DNA from: Gammaproteobacteria bacterium
GTDB taxonomy: Bacteria; Pseudomonadota; Gammaproteobacteria; JADZEE01
Direction of reading: 5' to 3'
Assembly (NCBI GenBank): GCA_050183625.1
Contig: JBFXBD010000001.1
Span: forward strand, 4,989 to 68,988
Length of the DNA stretch: 64,000 nucleotides
Shown here in pieces: positions 38,531-48,361 of this stretch. Numbering within the stretch: position 1 is the first letter of the stretch; every line of letters begins with the position of its first letter. The notes below the pieces were generated by a model. It did no database searches. It was not told the DNA's origin and saw only the letters and a list, made by a program, of their open reading frames with translations. The position numbers and the translations under genes are program-made.

Positions 38531-40000
38531 TCATCCGCCGCCGAGCAGCTTCGCCGCCGCGGCCTCCACCACGGTACCCTTGAAGAATTCCGGATTCGCG
38601 CCCGCCCACATCCGCACCGGGTTCGCGAACACGAAATCGCGGAAATCCCCGGCCGTCATCGTACCCTCCTCGACCGGCTCCCAGGCCTCCGCCAGCACCG
38701 CGCTCATGTCCGGCACGTCCCAGTGGCCGATGTCGGAGCCGAAGACCGCGTTCATCCGCAAACGCAGCGGATTGCGGTGAGCGTCGAACGCCGACGCGGT
38801 CACCGGATCGTCGGCCTCGCAGCCGAAGTGGAAGTTCGCCGAGAAGACGGCGCCGATGTCCGCCGCGGTGGCGATGCCGCAGCGCGCGAAGTCATCCAGG
38901 GCTGCGCTGCGCGCGGGCGAATCCACCTGCAGCGGCAGCATGAAGTCGTCCGGGAGCGTGCGCCCGGCGGCGAGCCGGCCGCCATACTGCTGCACGAGGC
39001 GGCGCGCGAGCCCGGTGTCCAGGTTGCGCGGATTGAAATCCTCCAGCGCCGCGTAGTTGCGCTTCCTCCAGTGCCCGACCAGATCCGAAAGCAGGCTGCG
39101 CGCCCAGCCGATGCCGCCCTCCAGGAACGCCAGGCGCAGATCCGGAAACCGCCGCGGCACCCCGCCGAGGAACAGCGACTTGCAAAGCGCCTCGGCCGAG
39201 TCGGCGAAGTGGCCGACGTGGTTGTAGACGTAGTTGCTGACCGAGCGATGGTTGGTCCAGCCGAAGCTGCGCGAGTGAAACGCCGGGACCACCTTCAATT
39301 CCACGCAGCGCGCCCAGAACGGATCGTAGTCATGCTCGCTGTCCAGGCCGTAGGTATCGATCCAGAACGCCTCGCGCGCCGCGGCCGGATGCGCGCGGGC
39401 GATGGCGGCGATCGGCCGGCGGACGTGGCTCGGCACCAGCACCGCGCGCAGCTTCAGGGTTCGCACGGCGTATTCGAGCTCCTTGATCGCCTCGGCCGGC
39501 GTGTGCATCGGGATCACCGCCACCGGCGCCATCCGATCCGGGTGCGTGCCGAAGATCTCCGCGTAGTAGCGGTTGAGCGCACGGCAGGCGGCGCGACGCA
39601 CTTCCTCGTCCTCGATGTGGATGACGGTCATGCCCAGGCCGGGGAACAGGACGGTGAAGTCCAGGCCGTACTCGTCCAGCCGCTCGTAGAGGAGATCGGG
39701 AAGGTACACCGAGGCGAGGTCTGCCGTGTTGCGCGTCGGCACGCCCCAGAACACCGGTCGCGGCGTGCGCGCGTCGAGGCGCTCGGCCGGCGACTGGCGG
39801 ATCCAGGCGGGATCTTCGCGCACCGCTTCGACCGCGGACTGAAAGCGCGCGGCAATCGCGGCGCCACCCACGTCGCGAAGGTATTCCATGAATACGGGGC
39901 GATACTCGGTCAAGTGGCCGTCGGAATCGATGACCGGGTGATCCAGGCGCGCGCGCACCGCGGCCGAACCGGAGCGGACCGGACCCGCGCATGTGCTCAT
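38531..40000 (-). CDS. Amidohydrolase family protein
   Basis: HPVIDSDGH, YDPFW, FLEGGIGW, FGCEADD and FGSDIGHWDV. Confidence 0.88.
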   Translation of the reverse strand: MSTCAGPVRSGSAAVRARLDHPVIDSDGHLTEYRPVFMEYLRDVGGAAIAARFQSAVEAVREDPAWIRQSPAERLDARTPRPVFWGVPTRNTADLASVYLPDLLYERLDEYGLDFTVLFPGLGMTVIHIEDEEVRRAACRALNRYYAEIFGTHPDRMAPVAVIPMHTPAEAIKELEYAVRTLKLRAVLVPSHVRRPIAAIARAHPAAAREAFWIDTYGLDSEHDYDPFWARCVELKVVPAFHSRSFGWTNHRSVSNYVYNHVGHFADSAEALCKSLFLGGVPRRFPDLRLAFLEGGIGWARSLLSDLVGHWRKRNYAALEDFNPRNLDTGLARRLVQQYGGRLAAGRTLPDDFMLPLQVDSPARSAALDDFARCGIATAADIGAVFSANFHFGCEADDPVTASAFDAHRNPLRLRMNAVFGSDIGHWDVPDMSAVLAEAWEPVEEGTMTAGDFRDFVFANPVRMWAGANPEFFKGTVVEAAAAKLLGGG

Positions 40001-40012
40001 CTCGACCTCCCC

Positions 40013-42343
40013 TCACTCCAGGTCCAGGATCACCGATTCCAGTCCGCCCTTGAACGGAAACGGAAAGGGATACCGGTCGCTGACCGGCGAGCCGTAGTCG
40101 GCCCCGACGTCCATCCCTTCGAGCACGGTGAAGGCATTGGGCAGCGTCCGCTCGATCCGTCCTTCGCCGATCGGCAGGCCGTCGGCCCACAGCGTCACGG
40201 TGCCGCCGAGCCCGCGCTCCTTCGGCGATCGGCCGTCGTAGGCGAATCTGACCTCGACCTCACGCGCCGATGCCGGCAGCGGCTGCGATGCAACGACCCT
40301 GTACCCGGCGACCCCGGCGTAGTTGTATTCGAACACCGGCCGCCCCGAATGGATGTAGAACGCCCAGCCGCCGATGCTGCCGCCCTGCGTGATCAGCATG
40401 CCTTCGCTTTCGGGCGAGAACGCGCCGCGCGCGAGGATCTTCCAGGAGCGATTGCGCACGTTCGGCGCGATCACCTCGGGCAGGGCCACCATCCCGGGAT
40501 GGTAGACGAAGTGCTTCGCGTCCTGGACCGAGCCCGGACGCTTCACGCCGACCATGCGCTCGCCGCCGCGCCAGTCGAGCGGCAGCACGCCGCCGCGGGC
40601 TGCTTCCGCCCACCAGCGGTCCTGCAGTTCGCGCAGCTTCTGCGGCTGGCGGCGCGCGAGATCATCGGCCTGCGAGAAGTCCGTCCGCAGGTCGTAGAGT
40701 TCCCAGGCGACCTTGTCCGGGTCCAGGTTGCCACGGACCGGATCGGCGGGATTGACCTGCAACGGTGCCGCGGCGAACCAGCCGTCCTGGTACAGGCCGC
40801 GATTGCCCCAGACCTCGAACACCTGCGTGCGGCGGCGATCGGGCGCGCCGGCGTCGTCGAAGGTGTACTGCATGCTGATGCCGTCGAGCGGCTTCTGCGC
40901 GATGCCATCGACGCTGTCCGGCATGTCGACGCCGGCCGCCTGCAGCAGCGTCGGCGCGATGTCGCTGAGGTAGTGGAACTGGCTGCGCAGCCCGCCGCGA
41001 TCGCGGATGCGCGCCGGCCACGACACTACCATTGGATTCCTGATCCCGCCGAGATGGGAAACGATCTGCTTGTAGTACTGGAACGGCGTGTTCATCGCCC
41101 AGGCCCAGCCGTTGGCGAAGTTGTTGTTGTAGGCGGGACCGCCCAGGCCGGCCATGACCTCGGGCGTGAACCGGTGCCGGGTGTCCACGTGGTTGGCAGG
41201 CGCGAACTCGTTGATCTCGCCCCCCGGCCCGCCTTCCGCGCTCGCGCCGTTGTCGCCGACGATATAGATGACCAGCGTGTTGTCCGCATCCGGCAGCGAC
41301 TTCACCGCGTCGAGCAGGCGGCCGACTTCATGATCGGTGTAGGCGCTGAAGCCGGCGAAGACTTCCATCTGCCGCGCCAGGACGCGCTGCTCCTGCGGCG
41401 TATGGTCGTCCCAGGCCCGGATGACGCCGGGCCGCTTCGTGAGCTTCGCGTCCGCGGGAATGACTCCGAGTTTCTTCTCGCGCGCGAACGTCTCTTCACG
41501 GTACGCGTCCCAGCCCTTTTCGAAGTGGCCCGCGAACCGGTCGATCCACTCCCGGGACGCATGATGCGGCGCGTGGGTGGCGCCGGGCGCCAGGTACAGC
41601 AGGAAGGGCTTGCCGGTCGAGGTGGACTTGACGTTGCGCATCCAGGCGATGGCGCGATCGACCAGATCGCCGGTCAACTGGTAGCCCGGGTCGGACGGCG
41701 GCGGCACCGGCCGGGTGTTCTCGAACAACGCCGGCTGCCACTGGCTGGTGCCCCAGCCATTGAAGCCGTAGAAGTAGTCGAACCCCATCGCGTTCGGCCA
41801 ATGGTTGAACGGACCGGCGGGACCGGCCTCCCAGGCCGGCGTATTGTGGTTCTTGCCGAACATGGCCGTCGCGTAGCCGTGCTGCCGCAGCACCTCGGCC
41901 ACGGTCGCCGTGGTGTTGGGGATGAAGCCGGTGTAGCCGTCGTAGCCCGTGGACATCTCGCCGACGTGGCCAAAGCCGGCGGCGTGCGGATTGCGGCCGG
42001 TGAGCAGCGCAGCCCGCGTCGGCGAACAGATCCCGGCGGTGTGGAAGCGGTTGTAGCGCAGCCCCTCGCTCGCCAGCCGGTCCAGTGCGGGCGAGGGGAT
42101 GGCGCCGCCGAAGGTGGCGAACTGCCCGAAGCCGACGTCGTCGAGCATGATGAGGACGATGTTCGGCGCGCCTTCCGGCGCGGTCGGCGGCTGCGGGAAC
42201 ACCGGCGGATCCGATTCCTGGTACGTCCGGCCCACCTGGCCGGCGAAGTGCGGATCCGGCCGCGGCAGCGATGATTGCGCCATCGCGGCCGCGGCCACGC
42301 ATGACAGCAGCAGTGACGACGCCCAGGCCAGGCTGCGTTTCAT
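40013..42343 (-). CDS. Secreted arylsulfatase (Cys-type, formylglycine-dependent)
   Basis: Signal peptide; PNIVLIMLDDVGFG, CSPTRAALLTGR, GKNH, HAPHH and GDNGAS. Confidence 0.94.
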   Translation of the reverse strand: MKRSLAWASSLLLSCVAAAAMAQSSLPRPDPHFAGQVGRTYQESDPPVFPQPPTAPEGAPNIVLIMLDDVGFGQFATFGGAIPSPALDRLASEGLRYNRFHTAGICSPTRAALLTGRNPHAAGFGHVGEMSTGYDGYTGFIPNTTATVAEVLRQHGYATAMFGKNHNTPAWEAGPAGPFNHWPNAMGFDYFYGFNGWGTSQWQPALFENTRPVPPPSDPGYQLTGDLVDRAIAWMRNVKSTSTGKPFLLYLAPGATHAPHHASREWIDRFAGHFEKGWDAYREETFAREKKLGVIPADAKLTKRPGVIRAWDDHTPQEQRVLARQMEVFAGFSAYTDHEVGRLLDAVKSLPDADNTLVIYIVGDNGASAEGGPGGEINEFAPANHVDTRHRFTPEVMAGLGGPAYNNNFANGWAWAMNTPFQYYKQIVSHLGGIRNPMVVSWPARIRDRGGLRSQFHYLSDIAPTLLQAAGVDMPDSVDGIAQKPLDGISMQYTFDDAGAPDRRRTQVFEVWGNRGLYQDGWFAAAPLQVNPADPVRGNLDPDKVAWELYDLRTDFSQADDLARRQPQKLRELQDRWWAEAARGGVLPLDWRGGERMVGVKRPGSVQDAKHFVYHPGMVALPEVIAPNVRNRSWKILARGAFSPESEGMLITQGGSIGGWAFYIHSGRPVFEYNYAGVAGYRVVASQPLPASAREVEVRFAYDGRSPKERGLGGTVTLWADGLPIGEGRIERTLPNAFTVLEGMDVGADYGSPVSDRYPFPFPFKGGLESVILDLE

Positions 42344-42443
42344 TTCCCCTCCTCGATCGCGGCCCGGCGGTGCGGATCCGCGGCTCCCGCCAGTTGAACC
42401 GATGGTCAGGGTTCAGCGCAAGCCGCGGCATCCTGCGGCGGCA

Positions 42444-44174
42444 TCAGGTGCGGCGGTTCGCGGGGATGTCCACGGTGCGGGTATCCCGGCCCGAGCGCAG
42501 CACGGTGCCCGGGCGAGCCGTCGTCATCCTGCCATCGCGGATGATCGGGCTGCCGTTGACGATGACGTGGTCGACGCCGATCGCATCCGCATACAGGCGC
42601 CCCGCGCCGGCGGGCAGGTCGAAGCGCGTGCAGGTTTCCGCGCAGGCCACGGTGGCGGGATCGAACACGACCACGTCGGCGTGCCAGCCCTGCCTGAGCG
42701 CACCGCGCTCGCGCAGGCCGTACAGGCTGGCCAGGACGAGCGTCATCTTGTGGATTGCCGCTTCCAACCCCAGCAGTGCGTAGCGGCGCACGCCGTTGCC
42801 CAGCACCTGCGTGGTGAACGCGAACGTGTCGATCATGTCCAGGTGCGCGCCGGCGTCCGAGGCGCCGATGATGGTGCGATCGTCGTTCCACAATCGCCCG
42901 CGCAGGCGCCAGGTGTCGAGATCGTCGCCTCCGGTTTCGGGCACGAAGCTGGTCCTGAGTTCGTCGGCGAGTGCGATGTCGAGCATCGCGTCCAGCGGCG
43001 CCACGTGGCGTTCGCTCGCGATGTCGCCGATGGTGCGCCCGCGCAGCGGGGCATTGGCCCCGGCGAACGTCTCGGCCACGCGGTAGGTCGACCAGTCCGC
43101 ACGCCGCCGCATCGAGGGATTCGGGGTCGAGCACGCATCGGCGTTCATCCTGCGCCGGAAGTCCGGGTCGCCCAGCCGGCGCATGCGCTCGGCCGGCACT
43201 CTGCGGAATATCTCCGACCAGCCCGGGAACGAGTCGAACAGGAAGCCCGACTCGAAATTCAGGCGCATCGTCATCGGCTGCGGCACCGTCAGCGCGACCA
43301 CTTCCGCCCCGCGTGCGCGGGCGACGTTGCTGGCGTCCAGCTTGTCCTCGATCAGCGCGATCTCCGCGGTATTCGCCGCCAGCACGTTCCAGTTCAGCGG
43401 CCGGCCGGCCGCCAGGGAGATGTCGGCCATGAGCCGTTTCTGCTCCTCGTCCCACGGCAACAGATTGGGCAGGAACTCCACCGCGGTGCCCTCGAAGCCG
43501 CGGCAGACGCCCGCGAGTTCGAGGATCTCCTCGCGGCTCGCGTGCCGGGAAGGCACCGGGTTGCCGTCGGCGTCGTTGTGGGTCGGCGACACGGTCGACG
43601 AGAAACCGAGCGCGCCCTGCGCGATGGACTCGGCCAGCAATGCCTTCATGCGCGCGAGTTCCTCCCCGGTGGCCCGTTCACCCACGGCGCGCGCACCCAT
43701 CACCACCCGGCGGATCGCCGAGTGACCGGCCAGGAACCCGGCGTTGATGGCAATGCGGCCGTCGTGGCGGCCGAGGTAGTCGCCGAAGCTGCGCCAGTCC
43801 CAGGGCACTCCGGCCTCGAGGCTCGCCACCGGCATGCCTTCCACGCGTGCCAGCATCGGCAGCAGGTACTGCCCGGCCTGCGGGCTGAGCGGCGCGATGC
43901 TGAAGCCGCAGTTGCCGCCGATCACCGTCGTCACGCCGTGGAAGCAGGACGGGCTCAGGGTCGGATCCCAGAATATCTGCGCGTCGTAGTGGGTGTGCAC
44001 GTCGATGAACCCCGGGCAAACCACGCGGCCGTCCGCGTCGATGGTCTCGCGCGCGGGCCCGTCGATCTTGCCGATGGCCGCAATCCGGCCGCCGTGGATG
44101 CCCAGGTCCGCACGCCGTGCGGGTGCGCCGGTACCGTCGATGACGTTGCCGCCGCGAATGATGAGATCGAGCAT
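42444..44174 (-). CDS. N-acyl-D-amino-acid deacylase family protein
   Basis: LDLIIRGGNVIDGTG, PGFIDVHTHYD, GNCGF, SDAGAHLD and ADVVVFDP. Confidence 0.92.
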   Translation of the reverse strand: MLDLIIRGGNVIDGTGAPARRADLGIHGGRIAAIGKIDGPARETIDADGRVVCPGFIDVHTHYDAQIFWDPTLSPSCFHGVTTVIGGNCGFSIAPLSPQAGQYLLPMLARVEGMPVASLEAGVPWDWRSFGDYLGRHDGRIAINAGFLAGHSAIRRVVMGARAVGERATGEELARMKALLAESIAQGALGFSSTVSPTHNDADGNPVPSRHASREEILELAGVCRGFEGTAVEFLPNLLPWDEEQKRLMADISLAAGRPLNWNVLAANTAEIALIEDKLDASNVARARGAEVVALTVPQPMTMRLNFESGFLFDSFPGWSEIFRRVPAERMRRLGDPDFRRRMNADACSTPNPSMRRRADWSTYRVAETFAGANAPLRGRTIGDIASERHVAPLDAMLDIALADELRTSFVPETGGDDLDTWRLRGRLWNDDRTIIGASDAGAHLDMIDTFAFTTQVLGNGVRRYALLGLEAAIHKMTLVLASLYGLRERGALRQGWHADVVVFDPATVACAETCTRFDLPAGAGRLYADAIGVDHVIVNGSPIIRDGRMTTARPGTVLRSGRDTRTVDIPANRRT

Positions 44175-44227
44175 GTTCAGGTCCTCGTTTTCGTTGGAAG
44201 AGTCGCGGGGCACCGGCCCGCGCCGCA

Positions 44228-45247
44228 TCAGCGCCGCGGCGGCCGCCCGGGCTTGTTCGGCGCGGGCGGCCGCGATCGCGCCTGCCGGTACGCGAGCGGC
44301 CCCATGCCCGCGTATGCGTGGAATACCTCGCGAAAAAACGCCGCGTCGCGATAACCGACGCGCGAGGCGATGCGGGCGATGCCGAGCCGCGTCCTGGTCA
44401 GGAAATGACCTGCCGATTCCATGCGCAACGCGTGCAGGTACGCATGCGGCGTCACGCCGAGCGCGCGCTTGAAGCGCCTGGCCAGCGTCCGCTCGCTGAC
44501 CAGCATCTCCGCGGCGAGATCCGCCATCGACACCCTGGCGCCCAGGTTGCGTTGCAGCCAGTAGCGCGCGCGGTCCATGAACTCGTCACCGGTCGGCGGC
44601 AGCGCGCGCGCACCGTCCTCGAGCCTTGATTCGTCGACCTCGGCCGGCATCATCGCCTGCGCCACCAGCGTGACGATCTGGGGCGTAACCAGGCGCGCGA
44701 GCAGATGCCGGGCCGCGACGGTCGCGGCACCGATGCCGGCGACGCAGATGACGCCTTCGTCCTCGGTCAGGCCGCGCGCCGTGTCGAGCCTGACCGCGGG
44801 ATACCGCTGGCGAAAGACCCTGGCCAGCCAGTACGGCACCGCCACCCGGCGGCGATCGAGTGCGCCCGACTGTGCCAGCACGCAAACTCCGGTGCCGACC
44901 GCCGCCAGGATCGCCCCGCCCGCGTGCTGCCTGCGGATCCACGCGCTCGCCCGTGCGCCGCGCGCGAGCCGGCGCGCGAAGCCCGCGGCGGTATCGAACT
45001 CGACCGCCGGCACGAACACCGCGTCGAACGGTTCGCCCGCGCCCGACAGGGCGCCGTCCACGGCGATCGGTGCGCCGGCCGCGCTGCGCACCGTTCTTCC
45101 CGACACCGACAGCACCTGCCAGTCGATGTGGCGCGCGCGGGCACCGACGCGCCGGTCGACGAACGCGTTGGCGATGCGCAGCGTGTCGACGAGCGCGTGG
45201 ATCGTCGAAGCGAAGCACCCGTCCAGGGCGAGGACTGCGACCCGCAC
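44228..45247 (-). CDS. GlxA-type AraC transcriptional regulator (DJ-1/PfpI domain plus HTH)
   Basis: RVAVLALDG, AVGTGVCVLAQSGALD, SERTLARRFK and VGYRDAAFFREVF; GTG start is inferred. Confidence 0.88.
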   Translation of the reverse strand: MRVAVLALDGCFASTIHALVDTLRIANAFVDRRVGARARHIDWQVLSVSGRTVRSAAGAPIAVDGALSGAGEPFDAVFVPAVEFDTAAGFARRLARGARASAWIRRQHAGGAILAAVGTGVCVLAQSGALDRRRVAVPYWLARVFRQRYPAVRLDTARGLTEDEGVICVAGIGAATVAARHLLARLVTPQIVTLVAQAMMPAEVDESRLEDGARALPPTGDEFMDRARYWLQRNLGARVSMADLAAEMLVSERTLARRFKRALGVTPHAYLHALRMESAGHFLTRTRLGIARIASRVGYRDAAFFREVFHAYAGMGPLAYRQARSRPPAPNKPGRPPRR

Positions 45248-45278
45248 GGGATACCCGCCGCGCGCGGAAGCGCCGAAT

Positions 45279-46241
45279 TCAGTCGACGATGCGCGCGGTG
45301 AAGCGCGCGCGATCCAGGCTCGGATCCAGGTACCGCCCGACCTTGTAGTCGCCGACGATCGTGGTGCGCTGCATGTTGCGCGACACCTCCGGCGCGACGC
45401 CGAAGGCCTTGTGCACCACGCGCCAGTTGTCCCAGGCGATCGCGTCGTTCTTCTCCCAGCGGTGCACGTAGGCGAAGCGCTCGTCGACGATCCAGGCCGC
45501 CAGCTCGTGCAGCAGCGCATCGCTTTCCTCGCGCGGCATGCCCAGGATGTACTGGCAGTGCATCGGCGAGAGCTTGAGCACCTTGCGGCCGGTCTCGCGC
45601 TGCGTGATCACCAGCGGATGGACGCAGGGCGGGAAGCCCTCGCGCTGCCTGGCGATGTTCTGGCTCATGGCCTGCGAACGCGCGACCAGGCGCAGGTCCT
45701 TCGGGTAGCCGAACGGATTCATTTCCTGCGCGCCGGTGAACCAGTACACGACTTCGAGTCCGTCGATGCGCCGGCGCAGGGACTCGGGCAGGCGTTCGTA
45801 GGCGGCGATGCCGTCGATGAAACCGGTTTCGCCGCCGCTGCGCGCGGGGTCCACGGCGCGCAGCACCGCGCCGCGCACGATCTCCGGCATGAAGGTCTGG
45901 TCCCAGTGCCAGCCCAGCCAGCCGGTGCGGCGCTCACCGCCGACCTCGAACACGTTCAGGCGCTCCTGTGGCTCGGCGCCCGCGTCGTAGCGCAGGGACA
46001 GCAGGTAGCCCTGGTCGCCCACGTTCAGATCCTTCGTCGCCGAGGGTTCGAGCTCGCCGAAGCAGCGGCTCAGCCGCAGGTGTGCCTGCTCGGATCGGAC
46101 GCCGCCACGCACGAGGACGATGCCGGATTCGATCCACGCCCGGCGGATCCGGTCGGCGGTGGGTTCGTCGAACGGGCGTTCGAGGTCCAGGCCGAGGATT
46201 TCGGCACCGAATGGTTCCAGGCGGCGGATCTCCAGGCTCAT
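45279..46241 (-). CDS. TauD/TfdA Fe(II)/2-oxoglutarate dioxygenase
   Basis: PFGAEILGLDL, WHWDQ (HxD), GGETGFID, VHPLV, WDNWRVVH and MQRTT. Confidence 0.92.
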   Translation of the reverse strand: MSLEIRRLEPFGAEILGLDLERPFDEPTADRIRRAWIESGIVLVRGGVRSEQAHLRLSRCFGELEPSATKDLNVGDQGYLLSLRYDAGAEPQERLNVFEVGGERRTGWLGWHWDQTFMPEIVRGAVLRAVDPARSGGETGFIDGIAAYERLPESLRRRIDGLEVVYWFTGAQEMNPFGYPKDLRLVARSQAMSQNIARQREGFPPCVHPLVITQRETGRKVLKLSPMHCQYILGMPREESDALLHELAAWIVDERFAYVHRWEKNDAIAWDNWRVVHKAFGVAPEVSRNMQRTTIVGDYKVGRYLDPSLDRARFTARIVD

Positions 46242-46446
46242 GCGTCGTCTCCGGGGTGCGGTTGGGGGATTCGATCGGTGCGCGGCAGCCGTCGCGCGGC
46301 GGTGCCGCGGTACGCATCGGGTGGCCATCTTAGGGCACGGACGCGCTGCGACCCTACCGGGGGATCCGGACAGCGACCATGGGTAATCCGGTCAGGGCCC
46401 GAAGCCACGGTGCGCCGGTTCAGCGGGCAATTGCGTACCGCGACGC

Positions 46447-47223
46447 TCAATCCTGGATGCCGTTGCGGATCCGCATCGACTGCGAGCCGATGGCGAGCAG
46501 CGTGCCGTCCGTGCTCCAGAGGTTGACGGTCGCGAAGGCGAACGGCGACGCGATGGCGTCGAACACGATCTCCACCAGCGTCCACGCACCGCCGTCGCGG
46601 CCTTGCGGCGCCGTGACGATCTTCAGGCTCGCCTCCAGCGAGATGCCGTACCACTGCCCGCCGAGCAGGCGCATGATCCCGAACGGCGGCTGGTCGGCGA
46701 TGCACGCCAGCAGGGCGGCGGACGACGGCATGCCCTGCGCCGCCGGGCAACGCGCCCAGAGCAGTACGCGCGAGGCGTGCACCGCCGCGACGCGGATATC
46801 CAGGGTCTCGTTCAATCCGCCCGTCAGTGGCCGCATCCACGCGCGCGGCGGGGCCTCGTCGGCAGGCCCGACCTCGGGGAATTCCGCGTCGATGCGCGGC
46901 GTTGCCCCCGGGCCGCCGAAGGTGGCCGAGGCGATCGCCGCCCGCCCTTCGGGCAGCGTCGCGGTCGCGGCCATCTGGGTGCTGGTGGAACCAACCGCGA
47001 GGTTCTCGGTCTCGATCGCAAGCTCCACGCCCTCCCTGACGTTGCGCAGGTACTGGACGCTGAACGCCGCCAGCGGCCGGCCGGCCGCGTGTTCCATCGC
47101 CGCGATCAGCGCGCCGGCGAGTGCGCCGCCGAACAGGCCGTTCCACGAGCACCAGGGCCGTCGCGCCGCGTAGCGATAGCGGTGCGGATCCGCCTGCGGC
47201 TCGGGAGTCAGGTGCAGGTCCAT
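46447..47223 (-). CDS. Double hot-dog thioesterase (TesB-like)
   Basis: WNGLFGGALAG, SVQYL, ACIAD, GISLE and LWSTDGTLLAIGSQS. Confidence 0.78.
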   Translation of the reverse strand: MDLHLTPEPQADPHRYRYAARRPWCSWNGLFGGALAGALIAAMEHAAGRPLAAFSVQYLRNVREGVELAIETENLAVGSTSTQMAATATLPEGRAAIASATFGGPGATPRIDAEFPEVGPADEAPPRAWMRPLTGGLNETLDIRVAAVHASRVLLWARCPAAQGMPSSAALLACIADQPPFGIMRLLGGQWYGISLEASLKIVTAPQGRDGGAWTLVEIVFDAIASPFAFATVNLWSTDGTLLAIGSQSMRIRNGIQD

Positions 47224-47227
47224 GCCT

Positions 47228-47605
47228 TCATTGCCCGGCTTCGATGCGACGGGCCTCGTCCGCGTCGATCGGGCACGGCACGCCGAGCAGCTCGGCAATG
47301 CGCCGGGCGCCGGCCAGGATGTGCACTTCCTCCGGCACCGCGCCCTGGGTGGCGACGATCTCGCCGAAGCGATCGTGAATGGCCTCGATCGTGTACTGCC
47401 CGGGCGTGCTGGCGATGCCGCGCGTCTGGCTCATGAACGCCCGTGCCATCGTCGCACCGCGGGCCACGAACAGCATGCCCGTGGCCTCGCACGCCTCGTG
47501 GACGAGCCAGGCGGCCGCCGGCGCGACCAGGTGGGCGGGGATCGCCGCGCGCGCGGCATCGATATTGAACCCCTTCGTCGTCGCGAGCGCAGCGAAGCGA
47601 CCCAT
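47228..47605 (-). pseudogene. C-terminal remnant of an SDR, fused in frame to an ATG inside repeat C
   Basis: PAHLVAPAAAWLVHEACEATGMLFVARG...TIEAIHDRFGEI aligns by eye with the C-terminus of the SDR at 35631 (LYLASERCEATQSVF...TVEDVADHFARI); the Rossmann and YxxxK regions are absent. Confidence 0.72.
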
Positions 47606-47668
47606 GCGGCGCCGGGTTCGTCCAGGCCGCCTCGATTGCCGCGGCCGCTGCACGGCCTCGCAAGGACG
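47576..47668. repeat. Repeat family C, copy 3 (divergent right arm)
   Basis: The left arm is identical to copy 1 over about 29 bp, plus a shared CCCTT flank; the right arm is GATTGCCGCGGCCGCTGCACGGCCTCGCAAGGACG. Confidence 0.82.
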
Positions 47669-47706
47669 GGGCGGCACATGGATGGCAGGCACGATGGCCA
47701 TCTCCG

Positions 47707-48279
47707 TCATCCCTCGACCGCCGGCCCGGCTGATGCGCCGAACATCCGCGGCAGGCACGCCGTGACACCCTCGCCCCAGAGCGCGGTCATCGTCGCGCGG
47801 CTGGCCGGGCCGTCGTTCAACTCGACCACCAGGCCGCCGGCAAGGCGCAGGTAGCTCGCTGCGGTGACCGGCAGCAGGGCCGCGGCGCCACCGCGCTCGT
47901 AGCGCTCGCGCCAGTCCCCGGCATCGGCGAGCGACAACAACACGATCTCGGCGCCTTCGGCGAGCAGCGCGTGCGCCGTCGCCACCGGATCCTGGCACCA
48001 GTACGCCACGTGCGTCGGACCGGGCCGCTGCGCGAGCAGGCGCGACTGCGGGCCGCCGGTGGACAACGGACGGATCAGTTCGAAGGTTTCGCCGAAGCCG
48101 TCGCGCAGGAACACCACCTCCAGCGGCTCGTCCACCACGTCGCCCGCCGCCGGATCCCAGGTCCGGGTCGGCAGGTGGGCGGCCACGCTCACCGCGCACG
48201 GGCCGAAGCGCTCGTAGTCGGCGATCGCCGCGCCGATGTCGGCGACCACGGTACCCACGTGCCAGCGCTGCAGTTTCAT
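47707..48279 (-). CDS. VOC/glyoxalase family protein (methylmalonyl-CoA epimerase-like)
   Basis: HVGTVVADI, FELIRP, GPTHVAYW and VVEL. Confidence 0.8.
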   Translation of the reverse strand: MKLQRWHVGTVVADIGAAIADYERFGPCAVSVAAHLPTRTWDPAAGDVVDEPLEVVFLRDGFGETFELIRPLSTGGPQSRLLAQRPGPTHVAYWCQDPVATAHALLAEGAEIVLLSLADAGDWRERYERGGAAALLPVTAASYLRLAGGLVVELNDGPASRATMTALWGEGVTACLPRMFGASAGPAVEG

Positions 48280-48361
48280 CGCCTGCCCTCCTCGCGCCGA
48301 TCCGCCCTCGCGGCCGCGCATCCCTCTGGTACGCCGGATTCGCCGGTGCCTGGCACCCTTT

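Noticed and set aside
38387-42274. 1295 aa plus-strand ORF, and similar long antisense ORFs such as 2890-5988, 20097-22823 and 52697-55156
   Set aside because: They lie antisense to well-supported genes, are Arg/Ala/Gly-rich with no motifs, and are expected from stop-codon scarcity in high-GC DNA.
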